IMG/VR virus record: IMGVR_UViG_3300002520_000024
Span: 1 to 64,000 of that record
DNA length: 64,000 nt
Reading direction: 5' to 3' (one strand)
Source: a virus
Under the pieces are notes generated by a model. That model made no database searches and was not told the DNA's origin. It saw only the letters and a program-made list of their open reading frames with translations. Shown one piece after another: positions 1 to 8,856 of the stretch (its first letter is position 1; every line of letters begins with the position of its first letter). The position numbers and the translations under genes were made by a program.

Positions 1-58
1 ACTCTGACTGGGTGGCCTTCCCTAAACACGTGCTGATTGAATTACTCGGGGGTGCAGA

Positions 59-988
59 TTGAACATCACATCGTTTAACCCACTGTCCCCAGTGATGGCA
101 AGACCCTCGCTGCTGGCGTATATCCACAGCACGATTTCTGGGTACAGCCCGGGGCGGTCATTCGACATCATCCATGCGTCCGATGTGACAAAGCCTGAGT
201 TTTGCGCGAGACGCCGGGCTCTGCAGATCATCGAGCAGGACAAGCCGAACGACGAGTTCCTTACCACCTGCCAGCGCAAAGTCTTCGACGAAGGCCGCCT
301 GTACGAGAGCCACCTGCGGGAGACTTGGTGCGGCGACATCGCCGTTGGTGACTGGATCTGTGGGTGGTGCAACTACGAGCATCTGGCAGTTCGCAAGCCT
401 GGCTCCTGCGCACACTGCCGGCGCAACGCCCCCATGGTTTATCGGGAGCTGCGTTTCCGGAGCCAGTTCACAGGGGTGAGCTGCGGAGTTGACACGCTGC
501 TTCTTCTGCCAGGCAAGAATCTACTGACAATGGTAGAGGTTAAGACCATCGCCGCCCACAGCCCGCAGAAGGACACCCCGATATTCAAGGAGCTGACCGC
601 GCCGCTCGCTGAGCATCGGGCCAGGTCGAGCTGGTATCTCAAGCTGATTCGTGACTCAGGTCACCCTTTGGCACAATTTGTGGATACACAGGAGGCCCTG
701 GTGTTCTATATTTCCAAGGGCTACGGGGAGACCACACCAGAGCTTTCCCTGCTGGGTGTCCTGGACAAGATGACCCCGTTCAAGGAGTTCTGGATCACCC
801 GTGATGATCAGTTGGCCGAGATCTACGACAAGAAGGCACAACCGCTAGGCGACTTCATGCGGACAGGGGTGGTACCAGGCCGGTGCTGCGAGACCAAGGA
901 AGACAGAATGGCGGCTAAGTGTCCGAAGAAAGATGCCTGCTTCAGCACCGTGTACCCAGCAGGTTCTATGCACCAGCGGAGACGATGA
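59..988 (+). CDS. Cas4/RecB-like PD-(D/E)XK exonuclease with Cys cluster
   Basis: 309-aa ORF. Nuclease core VDTLLL...MVEVKT (D...ExK). One N-terminal Cys plus C-terminal CCx10Cx5C, as in Cas4-type FeS nucleases. Extra CxxC...CxxC ribbon. Stop overlaps the next start (ATGA). Confidence 0.6.
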   Translation: MNITSFNPLSPVMARPSLLAYIHSTISGYSPGRSFDIIHASDVTKPEFCARRRALQIIEQDKPNDEFLTTCQRKVFDEGRLYESHLRETWCGDIAVGDWICGWCNYEHLAVRKPGSCAHCRRNAPMVYRELRFRSQFTGVSCGVDTLLLLPGKNLLTMVEVKTIAAHSPQKDTPIFKELTAPLAEHRARSSWYLKLIRDSGHPLAQFVDTQEALVFYISKGYGETTPELSLLGVLDKMTPFKEFWITRDDQLAEIYDKKAQPLGDFMRTGVVPGRCCETKEDRMAAKCPKKDACFSTVYPAGSMHQRRR

Positions 989-1632
989 CAATGTTCAATA
1001 TCGGTTTGGGGGCAGGTGGCCCCCTTCAGACAATCTGGGGCATAGACCCCTCCACCAACACTGGGGTGATAATCCTGGACAGCAAGGGTGGGTTGGTGTC
1101 GGAGAAGCAGCTGCAGCACGGCAACCGCGAAAACCCGACAAAGGAGCAGCGGGCTGCCAAGCAACAGGGTCGGCTCCGCCACCCCATAGACCGCTGCAAC
1201 CACTTTGGTACCGAGCTGGAGGCCCTGCGCCTGGAGTACGGGCTGCCCCACCTTGTGGTAATCGAGGACTTTGGCTTCGCCATGCGCCAGTCGATAGACA
1301 CGATCATCACCCAGTGCTGGGTTGGCTATGTGATCAGGGCCACACTTCGTGCATGGGGTGTGCCTTATATTGAGATCCCGCCCACAACTGGGAAAGCATT
1401 TTGTGGCGCCGCCAAAAAAGAGGCTGTTATGATGCAGGTTCTAAAAACCTGGGGGCATACGTCGAAAACCAATGACCAGGCAGACGCCTATGTCATGGCA
1501 CGTATCGGGTTGGCCGCGCTCGGCTTCGCCACAACCACGAAAGAACAAAGCAAGGCTCTTGCCAAGCTGAAAGACGATGAAGTGATTACCACGCATGTCC
1601 CGGCAGGGTTACTGCGCGGCCTGTTCAACTGA
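985..1632 (+). CDS. RuvC-like Holliday junction resolvase
   Basis: Motifs GIDPSTNTG, VVIEDFGF and NDQADAYVMA match the catalytic Asp/Glu/Asp-Asp pattern of RuvC-fold resolvases. ATG 985 overlaps the upstream stop. Confidence 0.7.
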   Translation: MTMFNIGLGAGGPLQTIWGIDPSTNTGVIILDSKGGLVSEKQLQHGNRENPTKEQRAAKQQGRLRHPIDRCNHFGTELEALRLEYGLPHLVVIEDFGFAMRQSIDTIITQCWVGYVIRATLRAWGVPYIEIPPTTGKAFCGAAKKEAVMMQVLKTWGHTSKTNDQADAYVMARIGLAALGFATTTKEQSKALAKLKDDEVITTHVPAGLLRGLFN

Positions 1633-1645
1633 AGGAGAGACTGTT

Positions 1646-2539
1646 ATGCAACTCAATTTGCCGGGTAGCAACCCGATCACCACCACTGCGACAGCAACCG
1701 CCCCGGCAGTAGGGTCGCAGACCACGGCGCCGACCGACGTTAAGGCCCACACTGTCAAGAAGGCCTCGCTGGTTGGTAACTGGCTTACCGATACCACCAC
1801 AGTGGTGGAGAACATGAATCAGGGCGAGTGCCTGGCCCAGTTGCCGGAGCTGGCCCAGAAATCCGACCGCAGCTGGTTTGCTATTGGCGGCATCCTGAAG
1901 CGTGTGCAGGAGCAGCAGTGGTGGTCGATCCGCGGCTACCAGTCATTCAGCAGCTTCATTGAAGAAGAATTGGGGATCCCCAAAGCTCGTGGTGAGCACT
2001 GGATGAAGGTCTACACCGGCATCGTTAACATGGGCATCACCAGCGAAGACCTCGACGGGATTGGCTGGACGAAGATCAAGGATGCTATCCCGTACATGCG
2101 CAAGGAAAACAAGGATGAACTCCTGGCCATGGCCCGCAGCATGACCGTGATCAACTTCCAGATCTACCTCAAGGGCCTCAGCGGTGCCACCAAGAAGGCT
2201 GGGTCTGGTGCAGCAGGTCGCGGCAACAATGACATCCACGCGCTGAAGATGCAGTTCCACTCTGACCAGTGGGATGTGGTGGAAGTGGCACTGGATCGCG
2301 CCAAGACTGCGCAAAACACGGAGTACGATGCTGTTGCATTCACCAGCATCTGTGAGCAGTACATGGCTGACGGCAGTACCGGGGGCCACGTCACTGAGGG
2401 TGCCCTTATCCTGGCACTGCAGACCATGGGCGACGAGGGGTTGAGCGGGATCCTCAACCGTGCCTTCCCGCACCTGACCATCACAATGAGCGAGGCTGAG
2501 GCGTTCGATCCGAACAGCATCGGCAAAGACCACCTCTAA
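1646..2539 (+). CDS. hypothetical protein (possibly DNA-binding)
   Basis: ATG 1646 is preceded by GGAGAG. Long ORF followed by an intrinsic terminator. No family recognised. Confidence 0.6.
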   Translation: MQLNLPGSNPITTTATATAPAVGSQTTAPTDVKAHTVKKASLVGNWLTDTTTVVENMNQGECLAQLPELAQKSDRSWFAIGGILKRVQEQQWWSIRGYQSFSSFIEEELGIPKARGEHWMKVYTGIVNMGITSEDLDGIGWTKIKDAIPYMRKENKDELLAMARSMTVINFQIYLKGLSGATKKAGSGAAGRGNNDIHALKMQFHSDQWDVVEVALDRAKTAQNTEYDAVAFTSICEQYMADGSTGGHVTEGALILALQTMGDEGLSGILNRAFPHLTITMSEAEAFDPNSIGKDHL

Positions 2540-2555
2540 TCGCAAGGTGGTGATG

Positions 2556-2583
2556 AAAGGGGCTTCGGCCCCTTTTTGTTTTT
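2556..2583 (+). terminator. rho-independent terminator
   Basis: GGGGC-ttcg-GCCCC hairpin followed by TTTTTGTTTTT. Confidence 0.8.
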
Positions 2584-2656
2584 GCGGGCCAGCGCACAGA
2601 TATCCAGGTTGAACTGTGGCATTCTTCATCGAAATCAGCAGAGCGAGGTTTCAGGT

Positions 2657-3073
2657 ATGGCCAGGTTTAAGGACGCATCTGACGTTGTGGACGAACTTAT
2701 GGGGCAGTCGTCCGCTGTGGAGGATTGGGGCGATTGCGGGGTGCTCTACACCCACCAGAACCACCCGGGCGTGCTGTACCGGATAGGGGAGGACGTAGGG
2801 TACACGCGCCGGCTTATCCTTGACTACGTAATGTCTGTAGATCGTTACCAGGGTAATGCCAGCCGGTTTATGCAGTACCTTTGCGAGCTGGCTGACGAGC
2901 ACTTTCTGCAGATAGACCTCCAAGCTGCGGCGTTCAGCACGCATGACGCGCTTTATGGCGAGAGCCTTGACCAGGGAGATCTGGTAGCTTGGTATGAGAG
3001 CTTCGACTTTGCCGAAGAGGTGAACGAGGAGCAGGGGCGCGGGTACTGGATGCGCCGTAATCCACAACAGTGA
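2657..3073 (+). CDS. hypothetical protein
   Basis: Internal ATG 2657 of ORF 2576..3073. The region upstream of it overlaps the terminator. Confidence 0.5.
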   Translation: MARFKDASDVVDELMGQSSAVEDWGDCGVLYTHQNHPGVLYRIGEDVGYTRRLILDYVMSVDRYQGNASRFMQYLCELADEHFLQIDLQAAAFSTHDALYGESLDQGDLVAWYESFDFAEEVNEEQGRGYWMRRNPQQ

Positions 3074-3083
3074 GGTAGGTCCC

Positions 3084-3503
3084 ATGAGCTATGACGTAGA
3101 CATCGAGAACCTGGATCCTGAGTCAAACATTACCGTAGACGACCTGGCTTCGCTGCCGGATGGTCTTTACGCCGTGGTCATTTACGCTCGCAGCCTCGAA
3201 CAGTACAGCGTGGAGGGTGGTGCAGACTACAAAAACGGTACCAGCCACGAAACCGATCTTCAGGATGCCATGACTGACGGCACTGCTATGGTCTTCAAGA
3301 ACGTGAAGCCGCGTGACTTGCCCAGCACCTACGAGACAGCCAAGAGCCTTATCGTCTACGGTTTCTGGTGCGGTGGTGGCGACGTTGAGGATTCAGACGT
3401 TCTTGCCAGCCTGTCAGCTTCCCACGGCTTCCACTGCATGACAATGGAGGATTACGTTGAGATGTATTGCGCAAGCGTAGGGGGCTCCAATGCCATCCAC
3501 TGA
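3084..3503 (+). CDS. hypothetical acidic protein
   Basis: 139-aa ORF, tightly packed in the operon. Confidence 0.55.
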   Translation: MSYDVDIENLDPESNITVDDLASLPDGLYAVVIYARSLEQYSVEGGADYKNGTSHETDLQDAMTDGTAMVFKNVKPRDLPSTYETAKSLIVYGFWCGGGDVEDSDVLASLSASHGFHCMTMEDYVEMYCASVGGSNAIH

Positions 3504-4077
3504 TCTTGTTATCGTAGCCGACGGCAGCTACAACGGCAGCAATGGCACCGGCGGGGTGGGTTTCCAGATCCACGGGGTAGGCTTCCACCTGGAGGGTGGC
3601 GCAGCGTTCAGCAAACACCTTTGCAGATCTAGCATCGACGCGGAGATAGCTGCCATTCTCAGAGGGATGATTGTGGCCTACCGGCTGATGGCCAAACACC
3701 CAGACCTAGCCGCCAGCTCACTGCTGGTTCGCTGCGACTGCCAGCACGCAGTGGACATCATGGCAGGCAAGCGGCCGAAGGGGATAGCGCCATGGCTTAT
3801 CGTGCTGCGGGCCAGGGTGCTTGGGTGGTACGGCGACGATGGCTACGCCGTTAAATTCAAGAGAATAGCCAAACCGGAAGACCGGCCACGTGGTCAGCTG
3901 GCCCCCCTGCACCAGGCGCTCAAGGCTTGCGATCAGCTGTCGAAGTCATTTTGTGGCTTCGGTTACAGTACGGGGTTTGGCCTTGAACTATCCTCCATTG
4001 AAGAGGTTGGGCAGATCACCGGATTACAGCGTGGTGGTTCGTGGGACTTGAAAAATATCAGGGGGCTTTGTGAATAA
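3490..4077 (+). CDS. RNase H-like (RNase HI fold) protein
   Basis: VIVADGSY..GGVGF, DAEIAAIL and RCDCQHAVD resemble the D-E-D pattern of type 1 RNase H domains. Confidence 0.5.
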   Translation: MPSTDLVIVADGSYNGSNGTGGVGFQIHGVGFHLEGGAAFSKHLCRSSIDAEIAAILRGMIVAYRLMAKHPDLAASSLLVRCDCQHAVDIMAGKRPKGIAPWLIVLRARVLGWYGDDGYAVKFKRIAKPEDRPRGQLAPLHQALKACDQLSKSFCGFGYSTGFGLELSSIEEVGQITGLQRGGSWDLKNIRGLCE

Positions 4078-4468
4078 TAGCATAGTTATTTTGACAGGTG
4101 CCGCATCAGAACACGCAGCATTTATACGGAGAAGCCTGCTCAGTGTAGGAGTAACCTGTGTGCTTGCTGGCTCTGGGCAGAGTAAAGCATCGCCATTGCC
4201 TCAAGAATACTCCATTGATACCAACCTGTTTGGCGACGTTATTTTTGGTGACTCGATCCGACTGATTAACCACGTCGGGGTGTGGCCGAGCAATGTCGAA
4301 CCATTGTGGGAAGGCCGTATCCCCGAGGTGTTCGTTGAGATCGGCAGCTACTACAAGCCTGAGTATCTGCGGTTGGATATGGCCAGCAGAAAGTACCAGG
4401 CGACAGAACGCAACTGGAGACAGTACCAGGGGCACAAGCGCAAGAAAAACAAGAAGAAGGTGAAATGA
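4070..4468 (+). CDS. hypothetical protein, Lys-rich C-terminus
   Basis: GTG start preceded by AGGGGG. Overlaps neighbouring genes at both ends. Confidence 0.5.
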   Translation: MNNSIVILTGAASEHAAFIRRSLLSVGVTCVLAGSGQSKASPLPQEYSIDTNLFGDVIFGDSIRLINHVGVWPSNVEPLWEGRIPEVFVEIGSYYKPEYLRLDMASRKYQATERNWRQYQGHKRKKNKKKVK

Positions 4469-5235
4469 TTATGGACTTGACCAAGATGTTTAACGTGACG
4501 CTTTCTCAGCCTACTGAGGCCGGGACAGTAAACACCGTAGCCCTGGGTGTTGGTACCAACCTGCATATCGGGGTGGACCCAGCTACCAATGCCGGCGACA
4601 AAGCCGTGGTGCTGTCTGCAGGCAGTAATGCGCTTGGGTTGTCGATCGGCGTGTCTGTCGATCTGCCGGCTGCGGAAGCCCCAGCTATTGAGCCAGACGA
4701 GCTTGCTGCCGATGCAGCCGCCAAGCTGGCTGGTTGTGACACCAGTCCGATAGGCAGCAGCGAGGTGTTGGCCCAGCACCAGCAGCTGTCCAAGTATGGG
4801 TCCAGCTTCAGCCCTGGCAAGGCCAGAGAAATGGGGCTGTACTTTGGGTATCCGCGCTGCTGCGTGGAGGAGTTCGTCACCAAGGTTGAGGAGGGTTTGT
4901 TGCCAGGTAGCGGGGCCAGTTACCCGGGTGGTTTCATCCCTTGTGCCAAGTGCGCCGGCGTACTGTCAGCGAATGGGAAAGACAATTCCAGCCTGATCAC
5001 CAATCGTGTAGCCCCCACGAAGTTCCCCCATAGCAACTTCGACGAGGACATGAAGGTGCTGATGCGTGGGCGCCCCTCAGCCACGATGATCAAGATCCTC
5101 AGACTGTCCATGAAACTCGACAGCACCAGCCCGGTTGAGCCGGCCACGACGTTGAAATGGGAAGACCAGATCAGCCGGATGCCGAAGGTGGCCTATGAAA
5201 ATGCTATGGAGTATCTGCGCACGGTCAAGGAATGA
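4465..5235 (+). CDS. hypothetical protein with Cys motifs (PRCC..., CAKC)
   Basis: 256-aa ORF. ATGA overlap with the upstream stop. Confidence 0.55.
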   Translation: MIMDLTKMFNVTLSQPTEAGTVNTVALGVGTNLHIGVDPATNAGDKAVVLSAGSNALGLSIGVSVDLPAAEAPAIEPDELAADAAAKLAGCDTSPIGSSEVLAQHQQLSKYGSSFSPGKAREMGLYFGYPRCCVEEFVTKVEEGLLPGSGASYPGGFIPCAKCAGVLSANGKDNSSLITNRVAPTKFPHSNFDEDMKVLMRGRPSATMIKILRLSMKLDSTSPVEPATTLKWEDQISRMPKVAYENAMEYLRTVKE

Positions 5236-5279
5236 TACACTGTAGACCCGATTAGGGTTGACAACACGAGGATATTGCC

Positions 5280-5807
5280 ATGCCGCTCTACCCAGATATT
5301 GCCAAAAAAATCCGCGCTGTGCGGGATTTGGCGTACACACCCGCAAGCACTGTAAAGTCGCTCGCGCACACATCACTGTCGCATATCGCAAACTGCTTTG
5401 AATGGGGCGCGTTGATGAACCCAGCCCCCCCGCTCGCCCAGCCACCGGTAACGGCTGCTGAGTGGAAAATCTACAACGAGTTTATGGCTAAACTCGGGGA
5501 TGCCAATCTTCGTATGGGGGCTGAGTTCCAACCCATGATGGAGAACTTGCGCAAGGGTTCAACAGGGCCGATCAGTAACAGAGCCCCTGCCATGGATTAT
5601 TTCTTGGAGAACAGAAAAAAAGGCGTGGCCATTCTCCTGGCTCGGATCTCCTATGATCTCACGACTATGCGCACCCAAGTTGGCTACATAGAAGGTTGCG
5701 AGGAGGCATTGGATGCTGCAGCTGCTTTGGTGAAAGGCACCAACATGGAAATTGTACTGCGCGAGCTGCGTAAGCACATTGCGCTCATTGGCACCCTTCC
5801 GTTGTAA
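5280..5807 (+). CDS. hypothetical protein
   Basis: 175-aa ORF. Confidence 0.55.
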   Translation: MPLYPDIAKKIRAVRDLAYTPASTVKSLAHTSLSHIANCFEWGALMNPAPPLAQPPVTAAEWKIYNEFMAKLGDANLRMGAEFQPMMENLRKGSTGPISNRAPAMDYFLENRKKGVAILLARISYDLTTMRTQVGYIEGCEEALDAAAALVKGTNMEIVLRELRKHIALIGTLPL

Positions 5808-5819
5808 GGCACAAGAAAA

Positions 5820-6572
5820 ATGGCAACTGCAAACACCAGACGAAACGACGACGCAAACGAGGCAGACCTCTACATCACCCAACCGGAAGATGTGGCCTGC
5901 CTCTTTGTCATGCTTGAGAAGCACGGGATAAGCCTGCCACATGGGACAATCCGTGAGCCGTTTGCCGGTCGCGGCGATATTGCCAAGTACCTTGAGCGCC
6001 GCGGGTATACCGTGGTGAGTACAGATCTGAACGATTATGGCGATTGGGGTTACGGGAAAAGCGGGGAGGACTTCTTCAAGCAGGACTTCACCCAATGCGC
6101 CGCCATTGTAACCAACCCACCGTACTCTGAGATCAATGATGTGGTGCGCTACCTCGGCGACGAGATGCCAGAGCAGTCCATGGTTTGCATGCTGGTGCGC
6201 CAGCAGTTTCTGGAGAGCGCCGATCGCGTGTCGATCTTGCAGCAATACGGTGGCCTGAATTGGGTATTCCAGTACGCCTATCGCACCCTCTGCCCGCGGA
6301 TAGACCACACCACCGGTGAAGCCATCTACCATACTGAGAAGGTTGTTGGTGGCAAGACCAAGAAGACACCTGAGCCGCGAGCTGTGGCCTACTGCTGGGT
6401 GGTCTTCGATTACAGCTACACCGGCCCAGTAATGCTGGATTGGATCACCAAGGATGTGCAGGCTGCAGCCCGGGCCGAGATGGTCAAGTTGCCAATCCAC
6501 CCGGAGGATGCCAAGCGTGCCGATCAGCGGGTGGCAGCAAAAACTGGCGGGTTTAAAATCGGGGTGTTTTAA
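5820..6572 (+). CDS. DNA N6-adenine methyltransferase
   Basis: SAM-binding motif EPFAGRGDI and catalytic motif IV IVTNPPYSE. Confidence 0.8.
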   Translation: MATANTRRNDDANEADLYITQPEDVACLFVMLEKHGISLPHGTIREPFAGRGDIAKYLERRGYTVVSTDLNDYGDWGYGKSGEDFFKQDFTQCAAIVTNPPYSEINDVVRYLGDEMPEQSMVCMLVRQQFLESADRVSILQQYGGLNWVFQYAYRTLCPRIDHTTGEAIYHTEKVVGGKTKKTPEPRAVAYCWVVFDYSYTGPVMLDWITKDVQAAARAEMVKLPIHPEDAKRADQRVAAKTGGFKIGVF

Positions 6573-6629
6573 TTTCAAAAATCCTGCAAAAATAAAAGCC
6601 TGCAGGATCTAGCAATCAGAGGAAACACC

Positions 6630-7520
6630 ATGTTCAAGATAGGCGGCAGTCAGCCAGCGCCCCAGGCCAGAGAGCCTGAGCACCTGGAGGTAATACCGGC
6701 TGAGACCAGGCCAGCAGTTGCGCTTATCGACGAGCTGGTTACCAGGGTTGGCGGCATTGACCCTGGAACTGACATCGACGACCAGGGGCTGGCCGAGCGC
6801 GATGCTGGTATGGCCAGCTTCGCCACGCTGCCGGCTGACGAAAAGCACGCAGTGCTGCAGCTTATCCAGATGGAGGAGTCGGATCTGTTGCGCATGGTTC
6901 AAAACTCTGGGGCTATGCTCGGGCAGTCCCGCGAGAGCCGACTGGCGAGAGAGGCCCGCCTAGCCCTGGTGCACCGCATGACACTGCGCGGCGACACACT
7001 GGAGAGAATGTCTATCCGTCTTGGCATCAGTATCAGCCGGGTTGCCCAGCTGAAGAAGGTGGTTAACGAGCGGATCCGTAACCAGATCTCCAGGGTGGAT
7101 TTCGGCTTGTACGCTGGGCAGCAAATGTCCTTCTACCAGCAGGTAAAGTACACCGCCCTCAGCCTCTCCGAGGACAAGAGCATGCCAGCCACCGCCAAGA
7201 TGTCAGCCCTGGTGCTGGCGCTACGGGCAGCAAAGGACGAGCAGGGTTTCCTGCGGCACTGTGGGGTGTTCAAGCAGTTCACCCATGGCGATGACCTGAT
7301 CAAGCGCCTGCAGACCGAGGACAATGGCACCGGCGGCTCAGCCAACACCATGACCGACATAGCGATGGCCTTCAAGAAGATGGCTGTCATCGCGGCCAAG
7401 GGTGGGAACCTGGAGGAGGCTGTCGACGCCGTGCTGGTCGAGGAGAACAAGCTGTGGGAAGAGTCTGATGTTTTCGACGCTGACGACGAGGACGGATCCC
7501 CGCTCAACATTGGCCAATAA
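6630..7520 (+). CDS. DNA-binding protein with sigma-70 region-4-like HTH
   Basis: REARLALVHRMTLRGDTLERMSIRLGISISRVAQLKKVVNERIRN resembles the sigma region 4.2 / LuxR-type HTH. RBS GAGGAA. Confidence 0.6.
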   Translation: MFKIGGSQPAPQAREPEHLEVIPAETRPAVALIDELVTRVGGIDPGTDIDDQGLAERDAGMASFATLPADEKHAVLQLIQMEESDLLRMVQNSGAMLGQSRESRLAREARLALVHRMTLRGDTLERMSIRLGISISRVAQLKKVVNERIRNQISRVDFGLYAGQQMSFYQQVKYTALSLSEDKSMPATAKMSALVLALRAAKDEQGFLRHCGVFKQFTHGDDLIKRLQTEDNGTGGSANTMTDIAMAFKKMAVIAAKGGNLEEAVDAVLVEENKLWEESDVFDADDEDGSPLNIGQ

Positions 7521-7542
7521 AAGTTGAGAATTTCCACAAAAT

Positions 7543-7579
7543 AAAAAGCCTGGTGAAAATAGCATCAGGCTTTTTTTTC
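7543..7579 (+). terminator. rho-independent terminator
   Basis: AGCCTG-13 nt-CAGGCT followed by T8. Confidence 0.6.
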
Positions 7580-7613
7580 TGGAAAAAACCTGGAAATTTC
7601 CACAAATAAAAAA
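7567..7613. repeat. left copy of a ~45-bp imperfect direct repeat flanking the early cluster
   Basis: AGGC-T8-CTGG-A6-CCTGGAAATTTCCACAAATAAAAAA aligns with 16396-16440. Contains a TTTCCACA DnaA-box-like 9-mer and a T/A palindrome. Confidence 0.5.
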
Positions 7614-7752
7614 GCCTGTAGAAACTAGCAATTCCAGAGATCCGGGAGGGCGCCGTCGCGCCTCTCCTCGCCAGGCGGCAGGCAGGGGCGGGCGCCAGGC
7701 TGAGCGGGCGGTTGCGTTATGGGGCAGGCGGGGGACTGGTCTGATCTCACTA

Positions 7753-7768
7753 TGGCACGCGGCTTGCA
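7753..7768 (+). promoter_or_regulatory. sigma54-type -24/-12 element
   Basis: TGGCACGCGGCTTGCA is a full match to TGGCACG-N4-TTGCW. Confidence 0.45.
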
Positions 7769-7778
7769 TAACGGTGCT

Positions 7779-8070
7779 GCCAGGACGCCACAGGTAAGGC
7801 CCTGCCCTTGATGGCAGGCCGCGCCAGTAGCAGCAGGCGGGGCGCTGTTGGTTCGGTCAATGCCAAGGTGGCGGGGTAGGTTGGCGGTTCGCCACAGGGC
7901 CGCACAATCGCCAACAAGGCGGGGGCCAATGATGCTGTTTCGGGTTTGCGTGGTGTTGTTGCAGTGGATCGGGGTATCGTTGCGAATCCGGCCCCTACTG
8001 TTGCAGGATGGGGGCCTAGTGTCACGGCGGCCAGGCAATAGAAAAGGGGGCCACCAGCGGCCCCCTTTTT
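7779..8070 (+). ncRNA. candidate structured ncRNA (~290 nt)
   Basis: GC-rich stretch with no credible ORF, lying between the sigma54-like element and a strong terminator. Many local hairpins, e.g. GTGGCG...CGCCAC and GGCCCC...GGGGGCC. Confidence 0.3.
8042..8070. terminator. bidirectional rho-independent terminator
   Basis: AAAA-GGGGGCC-accagc-GGCCCCC-TTTTT. Confidence 0.75.
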
Positions 8071-8071
8071 G

Positions 8072-8197
8072 CTACATCAGGATCAAGATCTTCCAGTCAA
8101 CCGCCAGATACAGCAGGACGGCGACCACTATCAAAAAACCCTTGTAAATGACTTTCCATTGCTTTCTGTGATCATCCCATTTCTGGGGGCTACTCAT
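8072..8197 (-). CDS. small membrane protein (41 aa)
   Basis: ATG overlaps the upstream stop (TAATG). Sequence MSSPQKWDDHRKQWKVIYKGFLIVVAVLLYLAVDWKILILM has one TM segment. Below the ORF-track length cutoff. Confidence 0.4.
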   Translation of the reverse strand: MSSPQKWDDHRKQWKVIYKGFLIVVAVLLYLAVDWKILILM

Positions 8198-8508
8198 TAG
8201 CCCGCCACGATATGCCCAAGGCCATCAAACAGCCTGACCGATTGCTTGACCTCTTGCCCCATCAGGTAAACGCGCTCGCTTACCTCTACGCCGGATCCGG
8301 TCACAATCGCCACCATGGTGACAGTGACCCCGCTCGGCTTGGTGTTGTTGCAGGACAGACAGATCGGGCCGCCTTGCTCTTTCTGGTGCACCAGGATCGG
8401 CCCGTGCTGCTTGTGCGGTTGCAGGGCGTCCAGGATGGCAGGGGTAACAGACACCAGCCCGAACGGGCCGGAGATCTTGCGCTGGTTGCGTCTTTTTTTC
8501 GTGCTCAT
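8197..8508 (-). CDS. hypothetical protein
   Basis: 103-aa ORF. ATGA coupling to the upstream gene. Confidence 0.6.
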   Translation of the reverse strand: MSTKKRRNQRKISGPFGLVSVTPAILDALQPHKQHGPILVHQKEQGGPICLSCNNTKPSGVTVTMVAIVTGSGVEVSERVYLMGQEVKQSVRLFDGLGHIVAG

Positions 8509-8846
8509 GGTTTCACCGCCTTGATGTAGTAGGACAGGATCGCACCGTAGGCGGCCCGCTGGCCCTCCAGGTAGCGATCAAAGGATCCCCGCGCTCTGGT
8601 AGCCCAAGCCGCTTGATTGTGCAGCTCCAGGGCCAGGCGCGGGCATGCTTGCACACTCTCGCCCAGGTCAAACAAGCGGCGGGCCACGTCCAGCCGGACA
8701 GATACGGCCAGGGGTTGCCCTTTATGGTCACGGATAACCGACCCCCGCGCAATAGCAGCGGCGATCACCCCATCCCGATAGGTGGCGGCTTGGTGATTCT
8801 GGGACGTGAAGCGGCGGTACTGGCTCACAACTGATTCTAAGCTCAT
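8505..8846 (-). CDS. hypothetical protein
   Basis: 113-aa ORF. RBS GAGGG. Confidence 0.6.
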   Translation of the reverse strand: MSLESVVSQYRRFTSQNHQAATYRDGVIAAAIARGSVIRDHKGQPLAVSVRLDVARRLFDLGESVQACPRLALELHNQAAWATRARGSFDRYLEGQRAAYGAILSYYIKAVKP

Positions 8847-8856
8847 GGGCTGGCCC

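Noticed and set aside
5559-6578. Long antisense ORF (339 aa) opposite the methyltransferase. Similar shadow ORFs lie at 55725..57530, 57813..58871, 61503..63389, 28432..29328, 18677..19501, 40566..41231 and 37534..38292.
   Set aside because: These are typical shadow ORFs of GC-rich coding DNA. Their translations are His/Leu/Gly/Val-rich with no motifs, while the opposite strand carries clear motifs or operon context.
7970-8000. tRNA-like T-arm (GTTGCGAATCCGGCCCC)
   Set aside because: No matching T-stem, acceptor stem or anticodon arm could be built around it. It is not a tRNA or tmRNA by eye. A covariance-model search would be needed to be sure.
7848-8147. ORF with a hydrophobic N-terminus (MMLFRVCVVLLQWIGVSL...) inside the GC-rich block
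   Set aside because: It reads straight through the strong bidirectional terminator at 8042-8070 and into the antisense of a minus-strand gene, and the rest of the translation is Arg-rich. It is unlikely to be coding.
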